64,000 nt of DNA from Lingula anatina (taxonomy: Eukaryota; Animalia; Brachiopoda), in NCBI GenBank assembly GCA_051362555.1, contig CM120640.1, positions 27,056,503 to 27,120,502 of the forward strand, in the 5' to 3' direction. Below are positions 62,599 to 64,000 of the stretch, piece by piece; position 1 is the stretch's first letter; every line of letters begins with the position of its first letter. Under the pieces are notes generated by a model. The model saw only the letters and a list, made by a program, of their open reading frames with translations, had not been told where the DNA came from and did not search any database. Both the position numbers and the translations under genes were made by a program.

Positions 62599-63159
62599 GT
62601 AACTTCTCTCAATTTGATCTATCCATATTTGTTCTCCACAAAGGTTGTATTGAATGGGTTAGATCTTGGAAGGCAATGTAGCACCTATTTCAGCACATTT
62701 AATTTAATTGGTACAAAGTTTTATTTAAATAAATTCAGATTGATATTAGCTGAAGTCTGTACTTTATTTTTGTTCTTTTGACTTTTATTTAATTTTCATA
62801 TTAGAATCCTATTCAGTATGAAAATGTTTAACTGTGTAATTGAGTACTTTTCCTTACATTTTTGCATCTGATTAAATTTCTTTATTGTGCACATAATCAT
62901 TTTCAAAGATATCTTCCCCTGCCATTAACTCCTGCAGATTTTTCTTTATGTCTTCAGCAGTTAGAATTACACAAAATTGTATGATTTTTGCAATTGTCTG
63001 TTTTGTTATTTTTAAACACTACTTAAAGCTTATAAGTGTGAGATTCATTTATATTGTTGATTTGTAGAACAATTTCACCCAGCTGATCTAGTATTTCATA
63101 CTCAGTTTCAAAAAATTAGAATTTTGATTTTTATTGATTATCACTGCTTTTCATTTCGT

Positions 63160-63190
<31 letters not shown>

Positions 63191-64000
63191 TATTTTTCCC
63201 AAGCTGAAAAGATGATTGATTTTTTAAATGAATTTGAGTAAAAGAAAAACTATATATTTACTTTCTTTTTTTTAAAATGATCAGAAAAGGAAAGTAAATA
63301 TACAGATTCTTTTTTTTACTCAAATTCATGATTCATTGTGAAAAATCGATAGTGATCCTTAGTTGATTGACTTGAAGTTGTAAGGTGTAAATTGAATTGG
63401 GCTATTCTGTCTGTCTGTTTTTTTTATCTTTTAAATTTGATAGTGCTTAGTTTTTTCAAACATCATCCTGTCGTTTCCTGCATTTTTGTAGCTGTATATT
63501 TTTCTTGCCAGGGACGCTATAGAAAGGCTGCTGTGTATCAGTGTTAAAAATGTTTGCGTTCTATAATGTAAGCAGAGGGTCAGTTGGAAGAAACCTTTTC
63601 AAATACATAAGCCTCTGATGAAATGGTTTAATGTGATATCAAGGGTCTCTCAGGATACTTTGATGAGTTGGTGAATTGTTCACCTTGTTAGTACAATTTC
63701 ATGGACAAAGAGAGAATTGTTAAGAATATTGTGAACTTGATTGGTTTTTTAAGGTTATTGTAACCCTTTATTATCGTCCAGATACCAAAAATGAGTTTTT
63801 TCCTGCATCTAATAATTCAGTAATCCATCTATCTTTGTGCTGATTTAAAACAATGAAGAAACCCTTTATATTTTAATTTTATATTTTTTCGTTTTAGTGT
63901 ATTAGAAAAGCTTTAATCATCAATTTAACACCTTTCTATTTCTATTATGGGGCTTAATGTTATGGAGTTATGAGCCCCTAATTAAACAAAGGCATTATTT

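Noticed and set aside
63940-63985. Short hairpin ggggctt...gagcccc at the window edge, possibly part of another repeat element
   Set aside because: Truncated by the window end; too little sequence to call.

Overview
AT-rich, intron-rich animal DNA, probably a mollusc or other lophotrochozoan (inferred from the repeat types); it is not prokaryotic. From left to right: (1) a multi-exon HPS5/BLOC-2 gene (+, ~1003-23562) with an extra C-terminal RING-like finger, whose last intron holds two nested Helentron-associated (HINE-like) elements, the inner one carrying ~37 copies of a 146-bp repeat; (2) a convergent Fuzzy gene (FUZ, -, 27427-38606); (3) head-to-head with FUZ, a C2H2 zinc-finger gene (+, 39625-41774) whose C-terminus resembles the MORC3/MORC4 terminal helical tail; (4) a young, fully bounded Ngaro/DIRS-type tyrosine-recombinase retrotransposon (-, 45011-51581, split direct repeats A1...B1-A2-B2) with an SGNH-hydrolase ORF upstream of gag, apparent alternative splice signals and an array of nine short hairpins; (5) an EGF-kringle-EGF-FN3(n)-TM receptor gene of RPTP-like type (+, 51800 to beyond the window), plus MITEs and a Tc1 relic. 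The best candidates for new biology are the zinc finger with a MORC-like tail and the spliced, hairpin-array, SGNH-first Ngaro element. All homologies were recognised by eye or from memory; no searches were run, and exon coordinates are manual.
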